DNA of 64,000 nt from Bdellovibrionales bacterium (GTDB taxonomy: Bacteria; Bdellovibrionota; Bdellovibrionia; Bdellovibrionales; UBA1609), in NCBI GenBank assembly GCA_965219095.1, contig OZ244719.1:448001-512000 (forward strand), given 5' to 3'. Position numbers and translations under genes: made by a program. The notes under the pieces were generated by a model. The model was not told the origin of the DNA and made no database searches. It was given only the letters and a program-made list of their open reading frames with translations. Shown here piece by piece: positions 31,402 to 41,869 of the stretch; position 1 is the first letter of the stretch, and the number at the start of each line of letters is the position of its first letter.

Positions 31402-31530
31402 CAGATCTGTTACAAATTTGCATATTTGTTACAAATGTAACAGATCTGTTACAAAATTGCATATTTGTTACAAATGTAACAGATCTGTTACAAATGTATC
31501 GGATTCAGCAAATTTGTAACAAATATGCAA
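31402..31530. repeat. 39-bp tandem repeat rich in TGTTACAAA
   Basis: Units 31402-31440 and 31441-31479, a partial third unit, and an inverted TTTGTAACA. Confidence 0.85.
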
Positions 31531-31634
31531 CTTTTCAAAAAAAAACAAGAAAAACCTTTTTTTTCATTTAAAACTTTATTGTAGCAAAAGGTTTTATAAA
31601 AGAGTCCTTTTTATAAAACCAAAAAGAAAGGAGT

Positions 31635-32370
31635 ATGTATGAAGCAAAAAACAAAAAAAGAGTTCTTATGAAGATAGAAGCACCTCAAAACCTTGTAAGC
31701 TTAAAAGCTCAAATCCAGACCCTTACTTCTCCAGAATTTAGAAACTCCTCTATACATGAAGAAAAAGAAATCGATCTCCTGGATGTTATGAAAAAAAATC
31801 AAATAGCCTATTTCCAGTTGAATTTAAACAGCTATGGTTTTTTAGGTAAGAAAATCGGTAAAATTCTAGTTCAAGATCTAAAGGTTATAAGCTCTCAGAT
31901 TCAATCAGGACAAGTGGATTTTAAGCCTTTACTTTTAGGGGTCTTGATTGATGAATTTGGATCTTTTGCTACACCTGATTTTTCAGATTTTTTAAAGCAA
32001 GTAAGATCTGCTGGTACAGGAGTTCACTTATTTTGCCAAGGCTTAGCTGATTTAAATGTTGTAAGTCAGAGTTTTAGCAATCAAGTGTTGGGAAGTGCGG
32101 CCACTAAAATCATACTTCGACAAGATGTGAAGAGGACTCTCGAAAAATGGGCTTTTACAGTTGTCACTAGGGGCACTGTAGGTAGGAGTTTTCAGGTCAG
32201 TGAACGCATTCTGGGGAACTTAAAAAAACAGGCTTAGGGAATCTTTTGGAGACCAAAAAAATGAAGATCGAACATGATGTTTTTAAGAGCTTAAAAGTAG
32301 GTCAGGCTGTACTCATTGATAAGATCAAAACCTCACAAGATTTGTTTCAAATTTTTAGCTTAAAGGAGTG
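31635..32370 (+). pseudogene. C-terminal part of coupling protein, frameshifted
   Basis: AYFQLN, LIDEFGSF and HLFCQGLADL; no Walker A or membrane segment. Confidence 0.8.
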
Positions 32371-32436
32371 AGCTTTATGAGTAGTTTTAAAAAAATTCTG
32401 GAATTTTCTTATAGTGCTAAAAACATGTCTTGCATG

Positions 32437-32600
32437 CACCCCCTTTCCTTTTCCCTTTGTCTTTATACACCCAACTCTGCTAAAACCTTCGGTTTTCACC
32501 GTGACCACCCTCTCCCGCTCATACTTTTTTTAGTATGGGAGAGGGTGGTCACGGTACCACAGAGTTGGGTGTATAGATGTGGGAAGAGGAAAGGGGGGTG
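32437..32600. other. Long nested hairpin (small-element type)
   Basis: Inverted copy of 22631-22792. Confidence 0.85.
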
Positions 32601-32921
32601 TGAGAGGAGGAAAAAATAGAGAAAATTTTTAGAACTTTTAAATTAAAAATTTTCTCTATCAGGTTAAAAAATTTTTGTTTTTTTAAGTTTAACTTGAGTT
32701 TTTTTAATGGCCGAGAAAGGAGTAAAAAAAAAGGTCAAAAAACAAATAACAAATCAATCATGAAAGGAGTAGCATAATGCAAAGCAAGAAAAGTAAAATT
32801 TACGACACTTTTTTGAGTGCGTAAATTCATCATATTCAGTGAGGAAAAGTCAGAGTTCTTAGAAGAAACCAAATGAGGAAGTTTTTTAAGCTTCTTCGCC
32901 ATATTTTGAAAGGAGAAAAAA

Positions 32922-33179
32922 ATGGATAAAAAAGAATTGAAACCAATTAAAAAAGGTAGTAGTTTAGAGAACACTATTCGCCCTCAAAAAAAGGGCCTGT
33001 TCTTTGACAATTTAATAACCGTAGAGGAATTAGCCTTAGCGTTTGGGCTGTCTCCTAGAACGATTAAAAATTGGGTGAGTTTAAGACAAATCCCCTTTAT
33101 TCAGTTCAGAAGAAGGACTTACTTTCTTAAAGACAGTATCCATAGATGGCTTCAACAAAAGGAGAAATCATGTCAATAA
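32922..33179 (+). CDS. Excisionase-like HTH protein
   Basis: ITVEELALAFGLSPRTIKNWV; overlaps int start. Confidence 0.85.
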   Translation: MDKKELKPIKKGSSLENTIRPQKKGLFFDNLITVEELALAFGLSPRTIKNWVSLRQIPFIQFRRRTYFLKDSIHRWLQQKEKSCQ

Positions 33180-34345
33180 CCAAACGTAAAAGGAAAAATA
33201 AAATAACATATCAAGCAGAAATTTATGTAAGAGGAATTCGTCTGAAAGCAAAAAGCTTTCAAACAAAAACAGAAGCCTGTATATGGCACGATAAGGAAAA
33301 AAAACGTCTTCAAGAAGGAAGAGTTTCTCTTCAAGAAGAGTTAAGAGAACTTTTCTTTGAAGACTGTGTGAGAAGGTATCTTAAAGAGTATGTTCCTACT
33401 TTAAGAGATTCCAGTCAAAAGAAGATTCAACTTCTTTGCGAGAGGTTTTTTCTACAAAGTCCTTTAGCAAAAACAAAAATGTCAGATATAGACCATGTCA
33501 GTATTGACACTTGGATTGACTGGCTTTTTAGAAGCTTTAAAAACACTGTCAACCGCCATTCTTTTAGAATAGAGTTAAGGCGTCTTGGCTCTGTTCTTCA
33601 CTGGTGGAGAAACTACCTTGATCCAAGCTTTAGCTTTCCTATTGTTCGTGGTCATAGAAATCGGTGTTATGTGAAGAAGCGAGAATCTAAGGTGAAAAGG
33701 CCAGATTACTTTGCTAAACCTGAAGAGGTGAGGGCTTGGCTTAACGAACTTAAGAAGATTCAAAACCCTGTTTATTACCGTTTAGCTCAGTTTATGATTT
33801 TAACAGGAGCGAGAGTAAGTGAAGCTTGTGGACTTATGTGGAGTGAAATTGATTTTAAGAATCGTTTTGCAAGAGTTGTTAGAACAGCTGACTGGTCTTC
33901 TGAAAAACCTCAAATTCTAGAAACCACAAAGACTAAGACTTCTGTAAGAGTTTTAACTCTTCCTGAAAAGCTCATAGAGCTTTTGTATGAAATGAAAGAG
34001 GAATCTAATAATCCTCTTGTGTTTTACTCTTCAGAAGGAAAGGTCGTTCCTTACACTACCATTCGTTGGGCCTTTGATAAGTCTTTTAAGACCTGCAATC
34101 TTCCTTGGAGAGGAACTCATATTTGCCGTCATACTTATGCCACAATGGCTTTAATGGCGACAAAAAGCCTCTCAGCTGTCCAAGCAAGTCTTGGGCATAA
34201 GGATCAAGCTATGACTCAAAGGTATGCAAAAGTGGTGGCTCTCATTAACTCGGATATGGCAGAAAAAACAGCTCAGATGTATGAAATGAACTCTTTAGGT
34301 TCATCTCCATCACGACAGATCACGACGTCTTTACAGACAAAATGA
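33170..34345 (+). CDS. Tyrosine integrase (type C)
   Basis: TGARVSE, HICRH and LGH..RY motifs; AAGGAG RBS before ATG at 33170. Confidence 0.95.
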   Translation: MSITKRKRKNKITYQAEIYVRGIRLKAKSFQTKTEACIWHDKEKKRLQEGRVSLQEELRELFFEDCVRRYLKEYVPTLRDSSQKKIQLLCERFFLQSPLAKTKMSDIDHVSIDTWIDWLFRSFKNTVNRHSFRIELRRLGSVLHWWRNYLDPSFSFPIVRGHRNRCYVKKRESKVKRPDYFAKPEEVRAWLNELKKIQNPVYYRLAQFMILTGARVSEACGLMWSEIDFKNRFARVVRTADWSSEKPQILETTKTKTSVRVLTLPEKLIELLYEMKEESNNPLVFYSSEGKVVPYTTIRWAFDKSFKTCNLPWRGTHICRHTYATMALMATKSLSAVQASLGHKDQAMTQRYAKVVALINSDMAEKTAQMYEMNSLGSSPSRQITTSLQTK

Positions 34346-34550
34346 ACTTTAGGATCAAAAGGATACTGGTAGTTGAATTTTAAAATTTTTTAAAATTTAA
34401 AAAAAGAATTCTAGCAGGAACACTTGGAATGAAAAACTCACGACGGAAATCACGACTTCTCACTAAAATAGCTAAGATATCACTCATAAAGTAGAGCGTG
34501 AAAGAAGTTCTAGCAGTGGAAAGTTTAAGGGATTTTTTGAAAGTAAAAAT

Positions 34551-34580
34551 TAAAACCCTCTCTAAAAAAAGAGGGTTTTA
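34551..34580. terminator. Bidirectional intrinsic terminator
   Basis: TAAAACCCTCT-loop-AGAGGGTTTTA. Confidence 0.8.
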
Positions 34581-34605
34581 AGAAAAGTTTTTTAAACTTA
34601 GAAAG

Positions 34606-35034
34606 TTAATATGCTGTTAATATTTTGTCTTGCTTGATTTCCCATTTCTGAACACTGGTTTGGCCTGAGTTCCCCTCTGCACAAGCTGTAAATTTCTGGG
34701 GATTCACACTATTATCTATTTTACATGCTGCTCTTGCAATAGCTGAAGTTTTCGTGCCTACAGTATTTTCATGTGCCAGATCACTTGCTCCACCTGTCAC
34801 ACACCCTGACGGTAGTGTTGTAAGTGCAGTATTAAAGCCAATTGTGTAATGGGTTGCTCCATCAGGTTTATCAAAACCTATGATGTTAAGATTATGGCAA
34901 TACCCTGTGCTTTCATACTGAAAAGCTTTTTCTGCTGTATAAAGAGCCCCTAAGTTAGTTTTAGCTTCACCGCTTCGTGCTTTTTTTCTAAACCCATCGA
35001 ATGCAGGAATGGCAACTGCTGCAAGAATTCCTAT
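34606..35034 (-). CDS. pilA: Type IV pilin 3' cassette C5 (only partly in the ORF track)
   Basis: Manual translation IGILAAVAIPAFDGFRKKARSGEAKTNLGALYTAEKAFQYESTGYCHNL..., in frame with ORF 34606..34800. Confidence 0.9.
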   Translation of the reverse strand: MGILAAVAIPAFDGFRKKARSGEAKTNLGALYTAEKAFQYESTGYCHNLNIIGFDKPDGATHYTIGFNTALTTLPSGCVTGGASDLAHENTVGTKTSAIARAACKIDNSVNPQKFTACAEGNSGQTSVQKWEIKQDKILTAY

Positions 35035-35413
35035 AATCGGCTAAAAGAGATCTGCTATGTTGTTGGAATCAGTAAAAAATAAATGAATATAAATAACTTA
35101 TCCATTACTGTAAGCACCTTGATTTTCCTGAAACTTCTCGATAGTACCCACATTTTAATTATTGATCACCTACAGATCACACATAAAATTAAGGAAATAA
35201 TTTATACATACTCATATGAATTACCGCTCTATCCAAGCTTAAATTTCTCTTATAAGTTTTTCTTAGAGGGAAGATTTTATGGAAGAAAGAATTAATTTAA
35301 AAGAGAAAATACAGCTTTGTCGAGAGGAGAGTTTGAACAAAAAGCTTCATCTTTGCTTCCTCCAAACTTGAAGTCCTTCTTCTTTTGTAAATTCTTTGCT
35401 ATACCTGTTGGCG

Positions 35414-36040
35414 TTAGGTTTTCTGATCATTTTTTACCTTGCCATTAAGACCGACTTGTTGAAGAAATTTTTTCCAAATCAAAATAGATCGATCTATAAA
35501 CTCCTTATGCTCATAAGAGTATTGTTTTTTTTCTGAATAGAAAGTGACTTTAATTACGTGGCAATCACGAGTATAATCGTATGCACGATAAAACCCTATT
35601 TTTTCGCTAAGAGATGGTTTGTTTAATTTTAGATGCTTTAATCCATTTGCAATATCTCGACAAATTAAAAACTCTGGGAAGCAAAAAAGCATACAAGAAT
35701 CTTTATTCAAGTCTTCACTTATAGATAAGTCAACATAATCCTTTAAATGGAAGCAAACTAAGACAAAGGCATGAAGATAGTCTATTATGTCTTCAATATT
35801 TTTATCATTAGCTATACCTAAATATTCAATTCGCCATTTCCATCTTAATAAAGCCTTCCACTGAATTTTCCAATTATCTTTATCCTTACCGAAAGCCAAA
35901 CCAACGTTGTGAAAGCCTGCCTCACCAGGTATCCAAACATCATCTCTTGTATCAATTGATGTGATTGTATATGGTGGTTTATGACCTCCTTTTTCTAATT
36001 CTCTTACGATACTCTCAATATCTTTTTTGTTTTTTTCCAT
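35414..36040 (-). CDS. Hypothetical protein, possibly HEPN-like
   Basis: CFHLKD and RDIANGLKH motifs. Confidence 0.45.
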   Translation of the reverse strand: MEKNKKDIESIVRELEKGGHKPPYTITSIDTRDDVWIPGEAGFHNVGLAFGKDKDNWKIQWKALLRWKWRIEYLGIANDKNIEDIIDYLHAFVLVCFHLKDYVDLSISEDLNKDSCMLFCFPEFLICRDIANGLKHLKLNKPSLSEKIGFYRAYDYTRDCHVIKVTFYSEKKQYSYEHKEFIDRSILIWKKFLQQVGLNGKVKNDQKT

Positions 36041-36751
36041 TTAAAAAATTCTCATTTAAATATCTCAGAATTAACTTATTACTGCACTGGAATTTTAATT
36101 TTTTCTATTTTTTATTTAATTTTAGCTATTCTTTTTTCTGTATATTGTCAATACAAGGGGCATTATGTTTTGTCATGAGGATTTTTTTGGTTATCTTTTT
36201 TATGAAAGAACGTTAAGTTAGTTTCTTAACAGCCCTTGACTTCTACGAGGAGGATGTTTCTTAGATGCTTTTGCCCACAGATTCTCGGGAGGAGCCAAAT
36301 AAATAAATATAAATAACTTATGCATTTCTGAAAGCGCCTTGATTTTCCTGAAACTTCTTGATAGTACCTAAACTTTAATTATTGATTACCTACAGATCAC
36401 ACATAAAATTAAAGATATAATTTAATCCATATTTTCTTTCTTTTTACAACTTTGAGATAATAGTCCTGTTTTGTAGCCACTCTGTGTCACTATGTTTAGA
36501 ATCTCTTATGATAATTAGGGTCATTTTAATCTTGTTGTACTTGGGGGGCAAGCAATCAATAAGGTAGCTTGTATGCAACGCAAAACAACCTTTTGGTAAA
36601 TAAATGCTTAATTTTAGTATCACCTTAATTTTCATAGCTTGGATGTCATTGAAAATAACGCACATGAGAATAGATTTTTATGAGCCAAAATTTTTACTTT
36701 TGAAATAAGCATTGAAACTTTTACATAGATCAACCTAAAATAAAAATAATT

Positions 36752-37000
36752 ATGCCTCAATTAAAATATAGAGATTTACCTTGGAATTTAAAGAGAAGAA
36801 TAGATGCTTCAGGGCCTATGATGCAACCAAGGAAATCTGAAAATCCCACGGTAAATGGTATTTTAAAAAGACTAAAAACCTCTGAAGAACGAGCCTTACA
36901 AGCAAAAGCATCTGCCACCGCAAAACAAAAAAGAGATGTTATTGATCTTATTGAAAGCTACTTAGGAGAACACAGTACATCAAGGTCTGCTGAACTTTAA
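36752..37000 (+). CDS. Hypothetical protein
   Basis: 82-aa ORF ending 3 bp before the next gene. Confidence 0.4.
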   Translation: MPQLKYRDLPWNLKRRIDASGPMMQPRKSENPTVNGILKRLKTSEERALQAKASATAKQKRDVIDLIESYLGEHSTSRSAEL

Positions 37001-37003
37001 AAA

Positions 37004-37320
37004 ATGGCGAAAAAGAAGAGAAAAAAGAAACCGGCTGTTTCAAAGCCAATTGAAATTTATAAACATAAGAGTAAAAGAAAAAACAATCCTCATGTTGGAG
37101 GAGTCACCTCTAAAAGAGAAAGTCCAAAAGTTAAAGCTAAAAAATATCAGTATGACTCTCATTTAGATCCGCTACTACAGTGGGCTGGTAAAGCTGAGCG
37201 GACTTCCTTTGAAGTGCCAAGTGTATCCCTTCATGTTCATGAAAAAATTGATCCAAGAAGCATTATTGAAACTGTAAGAAATAGAAATTCTATAGATTAC
37301 GAGCAACTTTCTCTTTTTCA
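37004..37320 (+). pseudogene. N-terminal fragment of a type III R-M Mod-like methyltransferase
   Basis: YDSHLDPLLQWAGKAERTSFEVPSVSLHVHEKIDP; truncated by a ~90-bp segment also found at ~58958-59047. Confidence 0.6.
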
Positions 37321-37423
37321 GAGGATGTTCCATTTCTCGGTGGAATTATTAGAGGGCGATTTCATGTTTAAGCGACCTTTCTTTGTTTTGCAATCATTTT
37401 TTCTAAGTTTTCTTTAAAGTTTT

Positions 37424-38801
37424 GGCTCCTCCAGGGAATCTGTGGGTAAAAAGTAGCTAGAAATCCCCAAAAAAGCTCATATTAGCCAAAGCAAGAGTAA
37501 GATATCCTGTCTTGTATTTTTGAGTTCTTTAAGGCCTTACTGGCCTCTATCGCCGCTGGCGATTGAACTCAAAAACATTCATTTTATTTGCTGTATTACA
37601 TTAAAATCTTAAAAAAGAAGCACCTACTTCCCAGATGCCTTAAAATGTTATTCAAAAAAAAAAAAACAAAGGAGGGAAGAGATGCTTTTGAAGACTATAC
37701 TAAATGATTGTTTAAAATGGAAGTCTTTTGTGTATGGAGACATTTATTTTTCAAAAGATAGAAAGTCAATTAATGTTCCTATTAAGGCTCGTAAAAATGG
37801 CCAAGTTCTTTGTAATGTTTGTAAGAAGCCCTAGTGTATGACACCAGTAAATCATCACGGGACTTTGAATCCCTTCCTATTTTAAGTTACAGGGTGTTCT
37901 TTGTTTATACTGTAAGAAGAGTCAATTGTCCTTGCTGTGGGGTAAAAGTTGAACATTTACCTTGGGCTGATGGTAAGAAGAGTTTAACGATCTTTTACAT
38001 GAAGTACTTAGCTGACTGGTGTCGTCACCTATCTTGGAAAGAGGTTTCTTGTAAGTTTCAGGTCAGTTGGAATCAGGTCTATGCTTCAGTGGAGTGGGTT
38101 GTAGAGTATGGTTTAAAACAGAGGGTTTTAGAGGGGATATATGCTATAGGAGTCGACGAGATACAATGGAAAAAGAACCATAAGTATCTCACCTTAGTCT
38201 ATGAAATAAGCAAAGAAAGTGTTCGTTTGCTATGGATAGGAGAAAAAAGAACAGAGGAGAGTTTCAACAAGTTTTTTGATTTGCTAGGAGAGAAGTCAAA
38301 AGATATACAGTTTGTGTGTTCTGATATGTGGAAGCCCTATTTAAAAGTTATAAAGGAAAGGGCAAGTCAAGCTTTGAATATATTAGATCGCTTTCATATT
38401 GTAGCAAAACTCAATAAAGCTTTAGATGAAGTGAGAGCCTCAGAACATAGAAAAATGAAAGAAGATGGCTGTCAACCACTTTTAACAAAAGCTAGATGGC
38501 CTTTGTTAAAAAATGCAGAAAATTTAAAATCTTATGAGAAAGTAAAATTAAGGCATTTAATACAGTACAACTTAAAAAGTATCCGCTGTTATCTTTTAAA
38601 AGAAGACTTCCGACAGTTATGGACCTATGTTTCACCAACTTGGGCTGGGAAATTTATAGACAGTTGGACGAAACGAGTCATGCTTTCAAAAATTGAACCC
38701 TTAAAGAAAGAAGCAAAAACCATACGAAGACATAAAACTCTTATCCTTAATTACTTCAAAGCTAAAAAAACCTTCTCCTCAGGGATTGTAGAGGGTTTAA
38801 A
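37424..38801 (+). mobile_element. ISL3-family element with frameshifted, 3'-truncated transposase (37682..37834, 37834..38820)
   Basis: GGCTCCTCC left end; IGVDE, CSDMW, DRFHI and SGIVEGLN motifs. Confidence 0.9.
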
Positions 38802-38996
38802 TGTAATAGTCGCAACTTGATCTGACAGTTACCCTTTCTGGGTTGATAAAAAACTGTCTGTCAGTTTGCGTTCTGTTCAATCATCTTTTTTATGAAAGAA
38901 AGAACGTAAGTTGGTTTCTTAACAGCCCTTGACTCCTACGAGGAGGATGTTTCTTAGATGCTTTTAACCACAGATTCTCGGGAGGAGCCGATATTT

Positions 38997-40328
38997 TTAT
39001 GAAGTTGAAGTTTCAGCCAAAGCATCAATCCAATTATTAATATATCTAGCTTTGCTTTGAATTACATGAGATTCAGCCAAACCTTTGATTTCTTTAAGTT
39101 GATTCACAAGTTTGTCAATGTCTTTTTTACGAACTTCCTCTCTTTCCTTTAGCATACATAACAAAAAGTGAAAGCGTGCCTTTTTTGCTGCAGCAGGAGT
39201 TTGTACCTCTCTATTTGATTTCTTACTTTTACTAGAACGAGTCTCTCCAAAGTTTTTAAAGTTATTAAGATCATCTTTGATTACACCCTTACATATTGCA
39301 CAATCACAAATTTTTTGAAAAAAATCATGGTGAGTATTGATATGAAGATTTTCAAATAATAGCTCTATCTCAGGAATTCCAAATTTTCCATGCAATGGTG
39401 GAAAGTAATAATTTATAACTGGAGTCCCTCCCCCTAAAACAGGCATAATATTTTTTTTAGAACCATAGCCTACACCGTGAGAAACACTTGTCATGCCAAA
39501 TTTAGATAGAAGGTAAGAGAAATACCCTCCATGCCTATTAAATACTTCAAGCCCGTTTTCCTTATATTTTTCAACTAGTCTGCGAAATGAAGAAAGATAG
39601 TTAGCACTTCTTTCGCTTTCATCAAAGTCATTTATCCATAGATAAACCCCTTTGAAACCATTTCCCAGCTTTAAAATGGCATTAATAAAATTAGAGTCTA
39701 ATAAAAGATCATAATCGAAACAGAGACTTAGATATAAATCATTAGAGTATGAAAGAGAATCTTGACGGATTTTTTGATATATATTAATCCAGAGATCTTT
39801 TCGCTTTTTATCTATAAAAAAATAAGGCGTGAAAATTATTTTTGGCATTGAGAGGTCATTTGCAAAAGAAGCTGTTTCTTCGTCTTCTCGTAAGATATTT
39901 TTAATTCGATTATTTTGATACTCAATTACAGATTTACAAATATCTTTTCGTTTTATATCGCCATCTAAGTCCTTCAAAGTAATGGCCTTACTATTTTCAA
40001 CAGCATCACTAAAGCTATTACCTAATTTTAAAGCTAATTTTTTATATGAAGCTTTAATTTCAAATCCTTTTTTAGTTTTAGATTTTAACCATTGAAGATC
40101 AGAAATGAGTTGCCCATCATGCGAATAGTATTCGCCAAAAGAGTAGGTCATAGGATCAATAAGATAATCTCTATTATTTTCTTTGCAATGCTTTATTATT
40201 AAACTTGCAACGGCATTAGGAGTCATCTCTATTAAGTTTCCGCTAAAGGTAACCCCATCGAAAAATCGAAGAATCTTATCAAAATAATCTTTTTCTGAGT
40301 GACTACCATATCTTAAAAAAATATTCAT
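38997..40328 (-). CDS. Hypothetical protein with TGT-like zinc site (CxCxxC...H), possible TIM barrel
   Basis: LIDPMT near N-terminus, CDCAIC, later RFHFL. Confidence 0.55.
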   Translation of the reverse strand: MNIFLRYGSHSEKDYFDKILRFFDGVTFSGNLIEMTPNAVASLIIKHCKENNRDYLIDPMTYSFGEYYSHDGQLISDLQWLKSKTKKGFEIKASYKKLALKLGNSFSDAVENSKAITLKDLDGDIKRKDICKSVIEYQNNRIKNILREDEETASFANDLSMPKIIFTPYFFIDKKRKDLWINIYQKIRQDSLSYSNDLYLSLCFDYDLLLDSNFINAILKLGNGFKGVYLWINDFDESERSANYLSSFRRLVEKYKENGLEVFNRHGGYFSYLLSKFGMTSVSHGVGYGSKKNIMPVLGGGTPVINYYFPPLHGKFGIPEIELLFENLHINTHHDFFQKICDCAICKGVIKDDLNNFKNFGETRSSKSKKSNREVQTPAAAKKARFHFLLCMLKEREEVRKKDIDKLVNQLKEIKGLAESHVIQSKARYINNWIDALAETSTS

Positions 40329-40741
40329 TTTTTTCTTATTCCTTGAGCTTTCTTAATAGATTCAGTTTTATATCTCATATTTATCACTTTAGATTTTGAA
40401 GGTTTCAATGTTATTCTGCAGTGTCCAGATGAATCAACAGCAATGACACCCACTCCAAATGGTTGAAGTTCTTGCAAAATTTTCTTGTTAATTTTCGTTT
40501 TAGGCATCGCTATGTAAACATAGTCAGAACAAAGCTGGTATATAAGTGCTTGTTGTAGAGCTTTTTTCCATTTTATTAATTTTAATTCAACAGACACTGC
40601 TTCCATATCCTTAGAGTAAGTAAATAAATCTATATTATACCTATAGAAACTCAACTCTTTACAAGGAGGATTAACATATTTGTTTTTTAAAAAACGAAAA
40701 ACAGGTGTTAAAAGCTGAGCTTCCTTACTAAAATCCAACAT
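40325..40741 (-). CDS. Small PD-(D/E)XK-like nuclease-fold protein
   Basis: E..IDL..VELK..ALQQALIY pattern. Confidence 0.6.
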   Translation of the reverse strand: MLDFSKEAQLLTPVFRFLKNKYVNPPCKELSFYRYNIDLFTYSKDMEAVSVELKLIKWKKALQQALIYQLCSDYVYIAMPKTKINKKILQELQPFGVGVIAVDSSGHCRITLKPSKSKVINMRYKTESIKKAQGIRKK

Positions 40742-41315
40742 TTTTTTCCTCCATATCTCTTAATTTATTCTCTAAATAGAGTATGTAAACCATTGAACAT
40801 ATTCCGATCATAAAAAATACAGCACTAAAAATAAGAGGATAACATAATATATATCTATCCAGATTATTTACATTTTTCTCGTAGAGTGCCATTAAACACA
40901 GAATAATGAATTCTAGACCAGCAAGAATTAAGGATAGATATTTTAGAAGGCGTGAATAAATCTTCCACTTCCAGTATGCAGTTTTTATTTCACTATACTG
41001 TTTAAAGAAAGTATTTTTTTTCTCTAAATAATCATCTAGCCAATTCTTAAAGGCTTCACTCTCAGCAGGATTTTCCATGCCTTCTATGTACTTAAGACCC
41101 TCATCCTTTTCAACATATACATTAGGAATAGGTTTTAATAGCTTGGTAAGTTCTTCTGCTATTTCACCTGTTATTGAGTTTTTTATATTTAATATCGAAC
41201 TATAAATGTATTCAAAAAAATCTTTTTTTCTTTCACTAAATTTAAAAAAATAGATAAGATAGGCTGTTAAAAGAAAACCATGAATCCATGTAATAGTTCC
41301 ATAACTCAAAATCAA
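40728..41315 (-). CDS. Membrane protein with about 3 TM segments
   Basis: Hydrophobic segments; overlaps both neighbours. Confidence 0.65.
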   Translation of the reverse strand: MILSYGTITWIHGFLLTAYLIYFFKFSERKKDFFEYIYSSILNIKNSITGEIAEELTKLLKPIPNVYVEKDEGLKYIEGMENPAESEAFKNWLDDYLEKKNTFFKQYSEIKTAYWKWKIYSRLLKYLSLILAGLEFIILCLMALYEKNVNNLDRYILCYPLIFSAVFFMIGICSMVYILYLENKLRDMEEKNVGF

Positions 41316-41869
41316 AACCCTCTTTTTAAAACTTGCTTTTTAACCTCAGATTCAGTTGTCATACCAGGGTATTTCTTATAAACATAGTAAAGCAAATCAC
41401 GAAGAGAATATTTACTAAAATTAGATTTAATTTTTCTAATCTTATTAAGAGTCGGTTGATGCTCTTCAGAGTTAAGCATGCTTTGAATTTTACTTCTGCC
41501 TTTTTCCGTAAGTTTAAATCTTTTTTCAACATAACTATCAGAGTAAGAACTATCATCTTCCTTTCCAATTAAATCTTCAAATTTTATTTCAACTGATTCA
41601 AACGAAGTACTTTCACCCACAACTTCACTCTTGATATAACCAAGGTTTTCTAAAAACTCTAAGGAATCATAAATCTTTGATGAAAAAGGCCCTGCTTTAT
41701 AGGGTTCAAACTTAAAGCCATCATCTAGGGCTTGAACTTCTTCTTCAGTTTCTAATAAATAGAGAAATTTTTGAAGACGAGTTGCCCCACCTAGTTTACC
41801 TTGAAGACTTGAACCCTCAGCATCTAATCCAATCATGCACAAAATTAAAGATTTTGTGTTCATACTCAT
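41312..41869 (-). CDS. DUF4065/SocA (Panacea)-like winged-helix protein
   Basis: TRLQKFLYL..FEPYKAGPFS..YVYKKYP. Confidence 0.6.
   Translation of the reverse strand: MSMNTKSLILCMIGLDAEGSSLQGKLGGATRLQKFLYLLETEEEVQALDDGFKFEPYKAGPFSSKIYDSLEFLENLGYIKSEVVGESTSFESVEIKFEDLIGKEDDSSYSDSYVEKRFKLTEKGRSKIQSMLNSEEHQPTLNKIRKIKSNFSKYSLRDLLYYVYKKYPGMTTESEVKKQVLKRGF

Larger units (their letters stand above)
31316..34528. repeat. ~3.2-kb direct repeat of ~55076-58249
   Basis: Identical xis and int proteins; differs by one 39-bp unit and a few substitutions. Confidence 0.92.
26870..35036. mobile_element. Small pilin-targeting integrative element S5
   Basis: Minus-strand cores at 35036 and 26871; int, xis, hairpin, T4CP remnant, XRE pair, coiled-coil gene. 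Confidence 0.8.

Noticed and set aside
31402..31530. Possible CRISPR array
   Set aside because: Tandem units without unique spacers, and no cas genes
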